IMG/VR virus record: IMGVR_UViG_3300020045_008999
Coordinates: 256,001-320,000 of that record
Source of the DNA: a virus
Lineage: Duplodnaviria > Heunggongvirae > Uroviricota > Caudoviricetes
Length of the DNA stretch: 64,000 nucleotides
Strand: one strand, 5' to 3'
Positions 28,978 through 38,800 of the stretch are shown in pieces. The first letter of the stretch is position 1, and the number at the start of each line of letters is the position of its first letter. The translations under genes and the position numbers were made by a program. The notes under the pieces were generated by a model. The model saw nothing but the letters and a program-made list of their open reading frames with translations, searched no databases and was not told the origin of the DNA.

Positions 28978-30707
28978 TAAATTTTAGTTTTATTTTTAAT
29001 AGACACAACCCCTTTTTTGATGATGTTCACCGAGCGCAATCCAGACCCTTCGATGCCGGCTGAATAGTAAATTGAATTACGATCATACCAACCGCCTCGA
29101 ATAATTGGTAGTTCTTGTGCATCAAATATAATATCACCCAAAATTGGATCAATGCCGATGCTCTTAGATTTATCATGAGTTGATGCAATTACTTCGTACT
29201 TTATTGTATCGGAATTAGCATATTCATTTTTCTTATTAATATCATTTAAAATTGCGGTTCTATGATAATCTTCGTTATTTCTGGATACAAATGATATGTC
29301 AACGGAATGTACATCACTGAGTCCGACTATTTTTGCGATTAAATCTGCCTTAGGAATACGATCCATTGTGGTTAAATTTAAAAAATATTCAGAGATTATG
29401 TCGTATATTTGTGTATTCACATCCGCATCTATTGCATTGTCATAGGTTACTATAAACACATTCATTATATAATATGATAACTTCGGTGAATCTATGCGAA
29501 ATCTTTTAGAGAGCACTATATTACCACCAGCCTTTATATATTTGATGAGTTTGGTTTTTTCATAATTATCTAACTCAAATGCACTGGTACTAATGTCAAA
29601 GTAACTAGTATTTTTATTCTTAAAGAGTTTAATATTGGGTGTAGCAACGATATAGATACCACCATCTGACTCATATGCATTTACATGTGAAAATACACCT
29701 AATTTCTTAATGTGATATGCAAATTGTTTTGGCATACCAATTACGAAATTATTACTCACTATCGGAAGTACATTTCTGGTAAATTCGATTGGTTCCTTAT
29801 CCGCCCCAAAATTGATATCAGTATAAATTTGTGTATCAAATACACGAGTTGGATCAATAGAATTACCAAACCCATCAATTGCATAGGTGATGAAATTCCA
29901 ATCGTTAGTAGTTCTTCTGAAAATAGATCCAGATCCACCATTTGATAATAAATAAGTAATACTTATGTTTGCACCAATTGCTGGACATTGTCCATACCCA
30001 CCATTGCCAAATATTATATCAATTCCACCATTAAAGCCTGTTCGTACAATGCATGCTTTTTCATCAGGTAACATAGAATATAAATCGGTTTTGGTTTCCC
30101 AAAATTCACCATCAACCGTAACCTCATAATTGAAATTTTCTATGTCTACATTTTCCCGAATATTGACCTGTAGGGTTTGGTTAATTTGACCAGTTCCGGT
30201 GAATGTTGTAGTAGCCCATTTCCCCTGAATGATAGGGATAAAAATCACACTATTATTAGATACGTTGTATGTTATTTTATCGGATCCAATATTTATGGAA
30301 TATTCCAAACCGTTAGTTTTGTTTCGAAGTGGTGTTCTATTATAAATAGTCATGCGACTACCTGGAACTTCATCTTCCACATCTCCACCCGCTTTAAATG
30401 TGAATTTCAAAGTACCGGTGGCCGATATTGCCCGGCTTGGTATATGGCCCGCAAATATTGCTCCATTTCTAATGATATTTTCATTTCTACCATTGTTCTG
30501 ACTCAAATCGAGATATTTCAGGGACTGCTTTAAGTATGCCAATGATAATTGGTGTAAGTTTTCAACAACATATAAAATTTGACCATATGGTGAAGCATTG
30601 GAAAATACCATGTCTACTTTGTTGTATTGAGTCTTTAGGTATTGTTCAATATCAGCTTTAATTTGTGTGAATGTTAGTTCAGTTAATTTCATTGGGGTGT
30701 ATCGCAA
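28977..30707 (-). CDS. Baseplate wedge subunit (T4 gp6-like)
   Basis: LTFTQIKADIEQYL, IIFGNGGYGQCP..GANISITYL, GADKEPIEFTR; late motif about 30723-30712. Confidence 0.8.
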   Translation of the reverse strand: MRYTPMKLTELTFTQIKADIEQYLKTQYNKVDMVFSNASPYGQILYVVENLHQLSLAYLKQSLKYLDLSQNNGRNENIIRNGAIFAGHIPSRAISATGTLKFTFKAGGDVEDEVPGSRMTIYNRTPLRNKTNGLEYSINIGSDKITYNVSNNSVIFIPIIQGKWATTTFTGTGQINQTLQVNIRENVDIENFNYEVTVDGEFWETKTDLYSMLPDEKACIVRTGFNGGIDIIFGNGGYGQCPAIGANISITYLLSNGGSGSIFRRTTNDWNFITYAIDGFGNSIDPTRVFDTQIYTDINFGADKEPIEFTRNVLPIVSNNFVIGMPKQFAYHIKKLGVFSHVNAYESDGGIYIVATPNIKLFKNKNTSYFDISTSAFELDNYEKTKLIKYIKAGGNIVLSKRFRIDSPKLSYYIMNVFIVTYDNAIDADVNTQIYDIISEYFLNLTTMDRIPKADLIAKIVGLSDVHSVDISFVSRNNEDYHRTAILNDINKKNEYANSDTIKYEVIASTHDKSKSIGIDPILGDIIFDAQELPIIRGGWYDRNSIYYSAGIEGSGLRSVNIIKKGVVSIKNKTKI

Positions 30708-30895
30708 TTTTCTTATATATTAATTTACGATCTGTTCTTAGTGAATAATATAAATGTTGCGATGGGACTTATCTCGGTTTATTATCTACTTTATATTTAT
30801 TTGGTACAATAGTTTATTATCATCCCTATATATGTTCAATGGCCGCCGATCTGGTTTGAGTTTTTAATATATAGTATAGAAAAATAAAAGATTAG

Positions 30896-31612
30896 ATGAC
30901 TATAGCAGAATTACTGCCTTTATTTGAAAAATATGGAATTGGTGGGGTATTAATATTTGGGGTAATATACGTATTATTTACTATATTTAAAAATAAACTA
31001 ACACTTGATGGAATAAGTACATTTATTACAACAAAGATATTTAAAAGCTCTAAATCAAATAGCAGCGGTAGACATATATCAGAATCTGATATATTAAATC
31101 ATGATTTGTTTAGTTTCATTGACCTTTGGATGTATAGTAAAATTCCAACAATAACATTTCACACTGAATTTAGAACAGTGGTATTTCGTAAATACCTAGT
31201 GTTATACTTGGCCAAACATAAGACTGAAATATTTAAATATGTTCAATCAACTGATTACAAAGAAATGGATGATTCCCAATTGTGGCAAAGTATCCTTAAG
31301 TTAATCAATGATGTGATATTCGAATATGAAAAGGACATGATATTGGCCGGAATACCTAGTGTCGTTATTGAAAAAATGAAAGGTAGAAACAACGAATCAG
31401 TATCACTTATGATTGATTTGATAGAGGGAATATGTACTTCTAGCTTCTATGATTCGAGTGATAATTTATTAAAAGTGTACAGCATATTAAATATAATTTT
31501 ATCTATATTACAAAGCACTATATATGGATCTGAAAAAACATGCACATCAATTAATGGACAGCTAAAAGGGCAAACTTTTGTAAAAGATGGCATTACTTAT
31601 AAAGAACCATAA
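30896..31612 (+). CDS. Late membrane-anchored protein (single N-terminal TM; holin candidate)
   Basis: YGIGGVLIFGVIYVLFTIF TM; late motif 30863-30874. Confidence 0.55.
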   Translation: MTIAELLPLFEKYGIGGVLIFGVIYVLFTIFKNKLTLDGISTFITTKIFKSSKSNSSGRHISESDILNHDLFSFIDLWMYSKIPTITFHTEFRTVVFRKYLVLYLAKHKTEIFKYVQSTDYKEMDDSQLWQSILKLINDVIFEYEKDMILAGIPSVVIEKMKGRNNESVSLMIDLIEGICTSSFYDSSDNLLKVYSILNIILSILQSTIYGSEKTCTSINGQLKGQTFVKDGITYKEP

Positions 31613-32118
31613 ATTTCAGAGACATTAAACATTGGGTCGGTTATTTCGATATCATAGTCTGTAAAGTCTTTGAAATCAAAAGCATCCGACTCAATTCGTC
31701 GGTCTATTGAATCATTATTATCATTTCTTTTTTCTAGTCTTTTGCGGCGAATAGACTCATCAATATTAACATATATAACGGTGCATGCATTTCTCTCTTC
31801 GGTGGTAAGAGAATTGATTTCCATTGGTGTCATTATACATACTTGACACTTTTCAAATTCTTGTTTATGTATACCATAATACCATAGTTTTTCCATACCA
31901 TCAAATAAAAATTCAAACTTTTGATATACTACCATATTGTCCAAATCGGACACAAATGATTCATTGTCCATGTAATTATAAGTTACCCCGCGAATTTCAC
32001 CATTTCTGATGGGCCTTGTTGTTGACTTGGTACACGGGACCAATCCAATTTCGACCAATCCATTTAATAAATAGTCTTTTCCACTTGTCGCTGCCCCTAC
32101 TAAAGTTATCTTTTTCAT
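31597..32118 (-). CDS. gmk: Guanylate kinase-like
   Basis: GAATSGKD, TTRPIRNGEIRGVTYNY, WYYG. Confidence 0.88.
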   Translation of the reverse strand: MKKITLVGAATSGKDYLLNGLVEIGLVPCTKSTTRPIRNGEIRGVTYNYMDNESFVSDLDNMVVYQKFEFLFDGMEKLWYYGIHKQEFEKCQVCIMTPMEINSLTTEERNACTVIYVNIDESIRRKRLEKRNDNNDSIDRRIESDAFDFKDFTDYDIEITDPMFNVSEIYGSL

Positions 32119-32216
32119 ATTTATTATATATAATTGATACTAATTTGTTGTTTAATATTATAATTATATTTACATTTGTACACGAATAATTTAATATTAT
32201 AAATACCAAAAAATAT

Positions 32217-32723
32217 ATGAAAATATGTATTATTAGTCACGCGAGGTGGGGGAAGGATACACTAGGTGAATTTTTACTAGAAACGCATGGTATAAAGTTT
32301 GCATCATCATCACAAACCGCAAATGATCTTTTTATATTTGATACATTAAAGGATCAATATGGCTACTCCACGGTTGAAGAGTGCTTCGAGGATCGAATAA
32401 ATCACCGCGATGAATGGTATCAAATGATTTGCGATTTCAATCGTGATGATCGAACTAAACTAGCAAGATGTATATTAGACCGAGCCGACGCATACGTTGG
32501 GATGCGAGATTTGCAGGAAATGGAATCAGCAGTTGCTGAAAAATTATTCGATCACATCATATGGGTGGATGCATCAAAGCGACTACCACCGGAGCCGATC
32601 GAATCCTTTAATATTCCACAAAGTTTTGCTGACATTACGATCGATAACAATGGAACTCTTGAAGAATTCAAGCTAAAAGCGTGGGAACTTGGTGAGTTTT
32701 TAACAAAAAAGGATGTTCATTAG
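32217..32723 (+). CDS. Deoxynucleoside monophosphate kinase-like
   Basis: HARWGKDT, YVGMR, IIWVD, IDNNGTLEE; TACATTTG 32171-32178. Confidence 0.75.
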   Translation: MKICIISHARWGKDTLGEFLLETHGIKFASSSQTANDLFIFDTLKDQYGYSTVEECFEDRINHRDEWYQMICDFNRDDRTKLARCILDRADAYVGMRDLQEMESAVAEKLFDHIIWVDASKRLPPEPIESFNIPQSFADITIDNNGTLEEFKLKAWELGEFLTKKDVH

Positions 32724-32737
32724 AACATCCTTTTTTT
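32705..32737. terminator. Bidirectional intrinsic terminator
   Basis: A6-GGATGTTC-ATTA-GAACATCC-T7. Confidence 0.9.
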
Positions 32738-33098
32738 AATCATTATCCAAATCATCAACCGGTGTTATTTCATCCGTTTTAGCTTTGGAAAAATTATCAA
32801 AATTCATTATTTTTCCGGCGGGTTTTGCCAATTTTCTATCACGTAACGCTTGTTTAATTGCTTTGGTATCTACTTTTTTAACTCTACTCTTTTTACCAGT
32901 TCTGGGACCATGGTTTTTACCCATTTCCAATTGAACTTTTTGAATGGATCCTGAACCAGTGTTATATGGAAAACTAATATCACCAGAACCAATAGTACTA
33001 CCAGCGACATCCCCCGCATAAGCGGATGGTTGTGCCGAAACTATTGCACCCATACCACTAATCTCACCATCCTCATTTATACCTTTAATATGTTTCAT
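32736..33098 (-). CDS. Small late protein with capsid-targeting-like N-terminus
   Basis: MKHIKGINED; late motif 33130-33120. Confidence 0.75.
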   Translation of the reverse strand: MKHIKGINEDGEISGMGAIVSAQPSAYAGDVAGSTIGSGDISFPYNTGSGSIQKVQLEMGKNHGPRTGKKSRVKKVDTKAIKQALRDRKLAKPAGKIMNFDNFSKAKTDEITPVDDLDND

Positions 33099-33146
33099 GT
33101 TTACTGAAATTTAGTTTATGTATATATTAAAAGTCAAATGTCATAA

Positions 33147-34043
33147 TTATGGTACTGCGTTAATTGCCGCCAGATCATTCATTTGAATGTAATAAGTCCC
33201 AATGTCATTATTCAGAAAAAATAGCAATTCAAAAAATTGTGGACCATTACTCATTATATTGGGTGAAAACAAGTAAATAAAATCGGAATTTGTTAAATCT
33301 TGATCAATGTATTTAATTCGCCCATGGTCGTATAGGTATTTTCTAGCAACCCTCAACCTGGCATATACCTCAGATCGGCTACTTGTGTATTTTATATCTG
33401 ATAAAATATACCTATTAATACTTTCTTGAATTTCAACCACCTCATGTGATTTTGGAATTTTTTTATTTGGACCAGCAAATACTGAATAAAACGATAGTAG
33501 ATTATTTATCTTCAAGCGTAATCTAATACTGTCTAATTTAGGATCTAATATCCGGACTATATTATTATCTGAATACATCCCAGCCCCCTTGACCATTTGA
33601 TCATCAATTAAGTGATATAATTCATGTAAAATAGTGTATCTAGCGGATGGGTCGTTTATTATAGATTCATCTATAATAATGAAATGTGTATGGTACCGGG
33701 AGCTTCTAACATATAAACCACGTAAGTTGGTAAGCGCGGTATATTTTTCATCCTTTAAGGATACCACTATTATTTTTATTTTAATAATGGCGGTAGTTAT
33801 ATTTCGCTTTTGAATTGCTGTCAATTTAGTGGAATTTGTGACGTCTGATAAAATCTCAGCTTTACTATCAATAACCACACTATGGGTCGTTTTTTGATTT
33901 CGATATTTTTTAATAATACCATTAATTGATGAATCTGTTCGATATTCGCGATATGATTCCAGTGGGTTATTAAAAAAAATATTGCCGTTGAGATAAAGAA
34001 TCCCAACCAGCAATATTATTAAATAGTATATCGAATGTTTCAT
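33147..34043 (-). CDS. Membrane-anchored zinc metallopeptidase-like protein
   Basis: N-terminal hydrophobic helix; TILHELYH (HExxH) with downstream SEVYAR third-ligand candidate. Confidence 0.7.
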   Translation of the reverse strand: MKHSIYYLIILLVGILYLNGNIFFNNPLESYREYRTDSSINGIIKKYRNQKTTHSVVIDSKAEILSDVTNSTKLTAIQKRNITTAIIKIKIIVVSLKDEKYTALTNLRGLYVRSSRYHTHFIIIDESIINDPSARYTILHELYHLIDDQMVKGAGMYSDNNIVRILDPKLDSIRLRLKINNLLSFYSVFAGPNKKIPKSHEVVEIQESINRYILSDIKYTSSRSEVYARLRVARKYLYDHGRIKYIDQDLTNSDFIYLFSPNIMSNGPQFFELLFFLNNDIGTYYIQMNDLAAINAVP

Positions 34044-34318
34044 TATTCGGTTTTGATAAATTCACCGCTTTCGAAATCGATGTTCCCTTTACCATATTTT
34101 CCAAAAATAACTTCGGCCAATGCTTTATCAGCATCAACTACTTTAACAAATGCTTCGGTTAGTTGCTGTTTTTTTTGCTCTATGGTAATTTTTTGTACCT
34201 CTAATGAACCCAAATCATATGTAATATTTTGGATTTCTTTTTGAATTCCCTGAATATCTTCAAGTTCTTCTCTAGTTAATTTTGTTCTTTCTTCGCTCAT
34301 GGGATTATTTTTTTTCAT
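34043..34318 (-). CDS. Small coiled-coil phage protein
   Basis: Coiled coil ending KYGKGNIDFESGEF; AAAC-N18-TATAAG 34350-34323. Confidence 0.75.
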   Translation of the reverse strand: MKKNNPMSEERTKLTREELEDIQGIQKEIQNITYDLGSLEVQKITIEQKKQQLTEAFVKVVDADKALAEVIFGKYGKGNIDFESGEFIKTE

Positions 34319-34386
34319 ATTACTTATATAGAATATTATTAAGATAGTTTAAATAAAATATACATAAATTTGAAAAATTCATTAAA

Positions 34387-35022
34387 TTATTCAGGCACTA
34401 TCGTTGTTGTGCTGGTAGTTGTACTAGTTGTCGTGATTTCAGGCTCTTCTGGGATCATTGTTGTAGTACTGGTAGTAGTACTGGTAGTAGTAGCCTCTGG
34501 TTCTTCAGGTACCACTGTTGTAGTACTTGTAGTACTTGTAGTACTAGTTGTCGTGATTTCCGGTTCTTCTGGCACCATTGTAGTAGTGCTGGTAGTAGTG
34601 CTGGTAGTAGTACTAGTAGTTGTTTCGGGTATAATGTTCACCGAACTAGATTTAATCCATAATTCAGGGGCTACATTATACGATAGGTCACCCTGTACTT
34701 GTAATAATAATCCATCAATAAGTAGTTCATCATCCAATTCCGATCCGGTAACAGTATATTCGTTTTGCGATAATAAATACTGTCTTAATTGGTCAATTTC
34801 TGCATATGATCGTGTTGTTATTCTTGATGAATATATTATTTTCCCACCGTATAATGGGGCCGCGCTAGGGGCCGGGTCGATGGAATCTTCTACAACAAAT
34901 TTGTATTTTTTCTCAGCGGGAATTCGAATAAATTGAGTTATTTCTATATATACTATAGATACTTTACTATTATTATCTCTAAGATCAGTGAAGTAAGTAA
35001 TTGGTGTTGATGTTTGTATCAT
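34387..35022 (-). CDS. Protein with mucin-like Thr/Ser-rich C-terminal repeats
   Basis: About 5 units of TTTSTTTSTTT(M/V/I)(V/I)PEEPE(I/A). Confidence 0.8.
   Translation of the reverse strand: MIQTSTPITYFTDLRDNNSKVSIVYIEITQFIRIPAEKKYKFVVEDSIDPAPSAAPLYGGKIIYSSRITTRSYAEIDQLRQYLLSQNEYTVTGSELDDELLIDGLLLQVQGDLSYNVAPELWIKSSSVNIIPETTTSTTTSTTTSTTTMVPEEPEITTTSTTSTTSTTTVVPEEPEATTTSTTTSTTTMIPEEPEITTTSTTTSTTTIVPE
34390..34630. repeat. Imperfect tandem repeat (unit about 57-63 bp) encoding Thr-rich units
   Basis: GTACTAGTTGTCGTGATTTC at 34421 and 34541; GTAGTAGT(G/A)CTG subrepeats. Confidence 0.85.
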
Positions 35023-35041
35023 TTTTATTTATTTTTATTTT

Positions 35042-35809
35042 TTAAGAAAAATCAAAAGTATATTGTCCTACTACGTTTGAATACCCAGAAAAGTTTCCTG
35101 ATGTATCAAATGCTCTTACTCGGTACCAGTACTGAGTATTTACGGTAACTGTACCATCAGAATAATCATTACTATAAGATGTATCCACAATAGTGAAACC
35201 ACTGTTATTATTAGTAGTGCTTCTCTCTACCTCATACCCTCCTATCCCTACATTATCGGTAGACACTGTCCAACTTAAATTAATTTGTGTCGACGATATT
35301 AAACTTGCTGATAACCCAGATGGGTTCGTTGGTGGTGTAGTATCAACGATAGCACAAGAACCCATTGATGTTATGACACCACTTCTGGAAATATATGCAT
35401 ATTTATACGCTTCAAACTCATCGATGAATCTCCAATAACTATCAAATCCATCATAAATAGTTGTTAATGTAGAATTGGTATACAGTATTGAACTTACTAC
35501 CAAAACACTATCCGGTGAATATAAATAAACACCCTCAAACGAGCCTGTTGCACATGTAGTACTCGAAGATCCAGATCCGGAATTTAGGTCTAATAAATGA
35601 GTGTATGCGGTAACTACTGTGTGTTGGTAGCCATACCATTCACTTATTGTGGCTGGATTAGTTGCCGAAGGCTTAGGTGATGCACCTGAGCGTATTATCA
35701 CAATTGACCCATTCTCAGCTTCATCTAATGATATTTGAGTTGTACGCGAGCGGCCTAATTCTACATTAATGTCACCCATTGATATTTGTCCAGATGATGG
35801 TAGTGTCAT
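35042..35809 (-). CDS. Tail-associated protein with C-terminal fibronectin type III domain
   Basis: MTLPSSGQISMGDINVELG; DTTPPTNPSGL...LSWTVSTDNVGIGGYEV...YWYRVRAFDTSGNFS. Confidence 0.85.
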   Translation of the reverse strand: MTLPSSGQISMGDINVELGRSRTTQISLDEAENGSIVIIRSGASPKPSATNPATISEWYGYQHTVVTAYTHLLDLNSGSGSSSTTCATGSFEGVYLYSPDSVLVVSSILYTNSTLTTIYDGFDSYWRFIDEFEAYKYAYISRSGVITSMGSCAIVDTTPPTNPSGLSASLISSTQINLSWTVSTDNVGIGGYEVERSTTNNNSGFTIVDTSYSNDYSDGTVTVNTQYWYRVRAFDTSGNFSGYSNVVGQYTFDFS

Positions 35810-35835
35810 ATTTTATATTATTTTTATATTTTTTA

Positions 35836-38800
35836 TTACTCTAATTTACTAATTCGCAATTCCAGATTTTTTATTACAGTAGCTTGTTCTTTGATTCCCT
35901 CAATTAACAATGCAACCAATTTTTCGTATTTTACTGCTTTATATCCATTATCGCGAGTATCTACTAACTCAGGTAATATTTCTTCAATTTCCTGAGCGAT
36001 AACCCCTATATCACTACCACTATAAACATTTTGTTTATCATTCCATTCAAATGTGTATCCACCTATTTTAGATATTTTATCTAATGCGTTGGGGATTGGT
36101 TTTATGTTATCTTTTAGTCTTTTATCAGAAGAATAAAAAGCGATTACATCTCCAGTGGATCTGAATGTACCATCCTGTGACATTGTAAATTTAGACCCGG
36201 CCGCTGTTGCAGTACCAAAGTGAAAACCTATTGCATCCACGCCACTAACCACACCCGCAGTTCCTTGAAAATAACTCAATCCATAAGGTGTAGCATTTCC
36301 TAAATAATATATAGGTGATCTACCATTTGCCACATAAGTTGTGCATGCAAATCCACCGGATCCAGATGCATATATTGTACCGGTAGCGGTTACCGAAGAT
36401 GCGAATGAAGCCGTTAAATTAGCACCCAATGATAGAGCCTCCCTAAACACATATGCACTACCATTATACCCAAACGTTTTTAAAGATAATCGTGAGCCAT
36501 AAGTACCAGTAGAACCATCTGTGATACCTATTATTTCAAATGCGGTGTTACCACCAGCTATCCCATTGTCAATAGATCTTAAATATCCATTTAAAGATAC
36601 ATAAGAGTTACTTATTAAGCCTGTTCCGGTAATACTTCCAGAAGACCAGATACCACTAACTGATATAGTCGACCTAACAATCCCAGCTTCCGCAACATAT
36701 AATCCCCAGCCAGAACCTTTACCAGCACCCCAAAATGACTCATTTGAAAATCCGATACCATACATATTTCCTAGAGTCGAATCCGTTGGAAGATATGAAG
36801 AGCCAATTGTATAAATAGGGTTGGATTTATCCCCATTTCCTCCAACACTGTTAAAACTACCAACTAGATGCCCAGATGAGTGTGCACTTCTTCCAATATT
36901 CCCTGACATGTCACCACCCGATTTAGGTAAAGCATATGTACCAAAATTACTAGAGTCTAACAAAGTTTTCCAACTAGAAAATGTATTATTATATACTGAT
37001 CTATACTTCATAACGTCAGTACCTTCCCAGTTTATGTATAGCTGAGTTCCATATGAAGCCCCACCATTCTCGTGTCTCATATTTAAGTAATTCCCCCAAA
37101 GGAAACTACCACCATTGGTTGGATTGTATGCATCTTGCCACCCCATAGTACCTGCTGGTGTATCAGAAAACATAGTATTAGCGTTAGTAGTACTACCAAC
37201 TCTATCTAGTACTATACTTTTTCCAGCAATTAAAGATGCTGCTGTACCTGTTAGTCCCGTACCTGCACCATTAAAGATTGTCCCATTGAAGGTTGTTGCT
37301 GTTACAGTACCTGCTGTTGAGAATCTAACTTGCTCTGCTCCATTTATAAACACACCTAGTCCATTTGATGCCGTTCCAGCACTTCTAATATTACCAAATG
37401 ACCAAGTATCACTATACCAGTTAAAGTTAAGTAATTTAACAGGTTGGTTTGAACTATAAGAAGGTTGTGTTATAGTAATTGCATTGCTTTCTGTAGCAGA
37501 TGCTAATGTAACTGTGCCTGTGTTAAGTATATTAGTAGCAGTAGTTGCACTACTTGCATTGCCGGCTAAGTTACCTATGAATGTTGGCGCAGTGACACTT
37601 GCAGTAAATACAGTAGTTCCATCAGCTTTAAATCTAACAGTTTCGGACCCGGCATTATTACCGCCAATAATTAAATCCGCTCTAGTTCCAGATACTGCAC
37701 CAATTCCACTTTGGATGTAATTTAAACCACCACTGGTTATAAGTCTAAAGTAGCCATTAGTTCCTCCGGTATCCCCTAGTATTAGAGGAACTTGATTTGG
37801 TATAGTTAAACTTCCGGTTAGAGCTCCACCTGATAATGGTAGTTTAGTAGCATCAGCAACCGTTATATTAGCAGACCCGTTAAATGCCACACCGTTAATG
37901 TTTCTAGAAGTTGCTAATATAGTAGCTGATGCGACTGCACCTGATACATCAGCACCTAGTATATCAAATGAATTGGTATTTAAAGAAGTACTCGGTCTTA
38001 GTGAAGTTCCCGTGGCAAATTCAACATAACCGCCTTCAGCTCTTGCACATATTTTAATCCATGTATATGGTATTACGAAAGCTGATGTATAATTGACTAC
38101 TCTAAAATTGGCCGCAATACTACTACTATTCCCCCCTATTGGTAAAATGTAGTATAGAACATCCCATGTAGTTAATGGAATACCAGCAGCTGTAGCAGTT
38201 TTATTTGTTGCACCACCTACACCAGTTATTGTTCCCGAAGTCGGACATGTTATATCAAAGTAACCATTTGTACTAAAATGTGATCCATTTCCGTTACTCA
38301 TTAAGATAAAGCGTTGGCTCCATAAAACATCGTAGGTTGCACTAATGGTAATAGTTCCGCCACCAGTTACTACTGTTCTTGCTATATTTATAGCATCTAT
38401 TGAGGTGCTGTCAGTTATAGTGCTCCATGCTTGTGTATGTGAAGTTAAGCTCCATCTAGCATCACCTAAACTATTAAAATCAGTAATTCCAAATCCCCCA
38501 ATAGTAGTTGGCTTTGATGTTATTCCTGACCATGTCACATTTGTAGCAGTTGTTGCATTTCCGCTTAAAGCTCCTATAAAAGTCGGTGCTATTATATTTC
38601 CGTAGGAACTAAGAACTCCGACATTAGTTATACTTAGTAAACTAACTGCAACAGTACTGTTAGAAGGCATTCTACTAATAGAAAATGAGTCACCATTTCT
38701 ACCCATTTGAAGACCCCAAGATACATCTGTTAAGTCTTTTGTATTTGTTACAGGATTATAATTAGTCCATAAGGCAGTGCCTACATACCCAGTAACCCCT

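Noticed and set aside
30724-30862. Intergenic stretch as possible ncRNA or tRNA
   Set aside because: No cloverleaf or stable stem evident; simply lies between divergent late promoters
34370-34936. 188-aa Val-rich hydrophobic ORF on + strand
   Set aside because: Antisense shadow of the Thr-rich repeat gene
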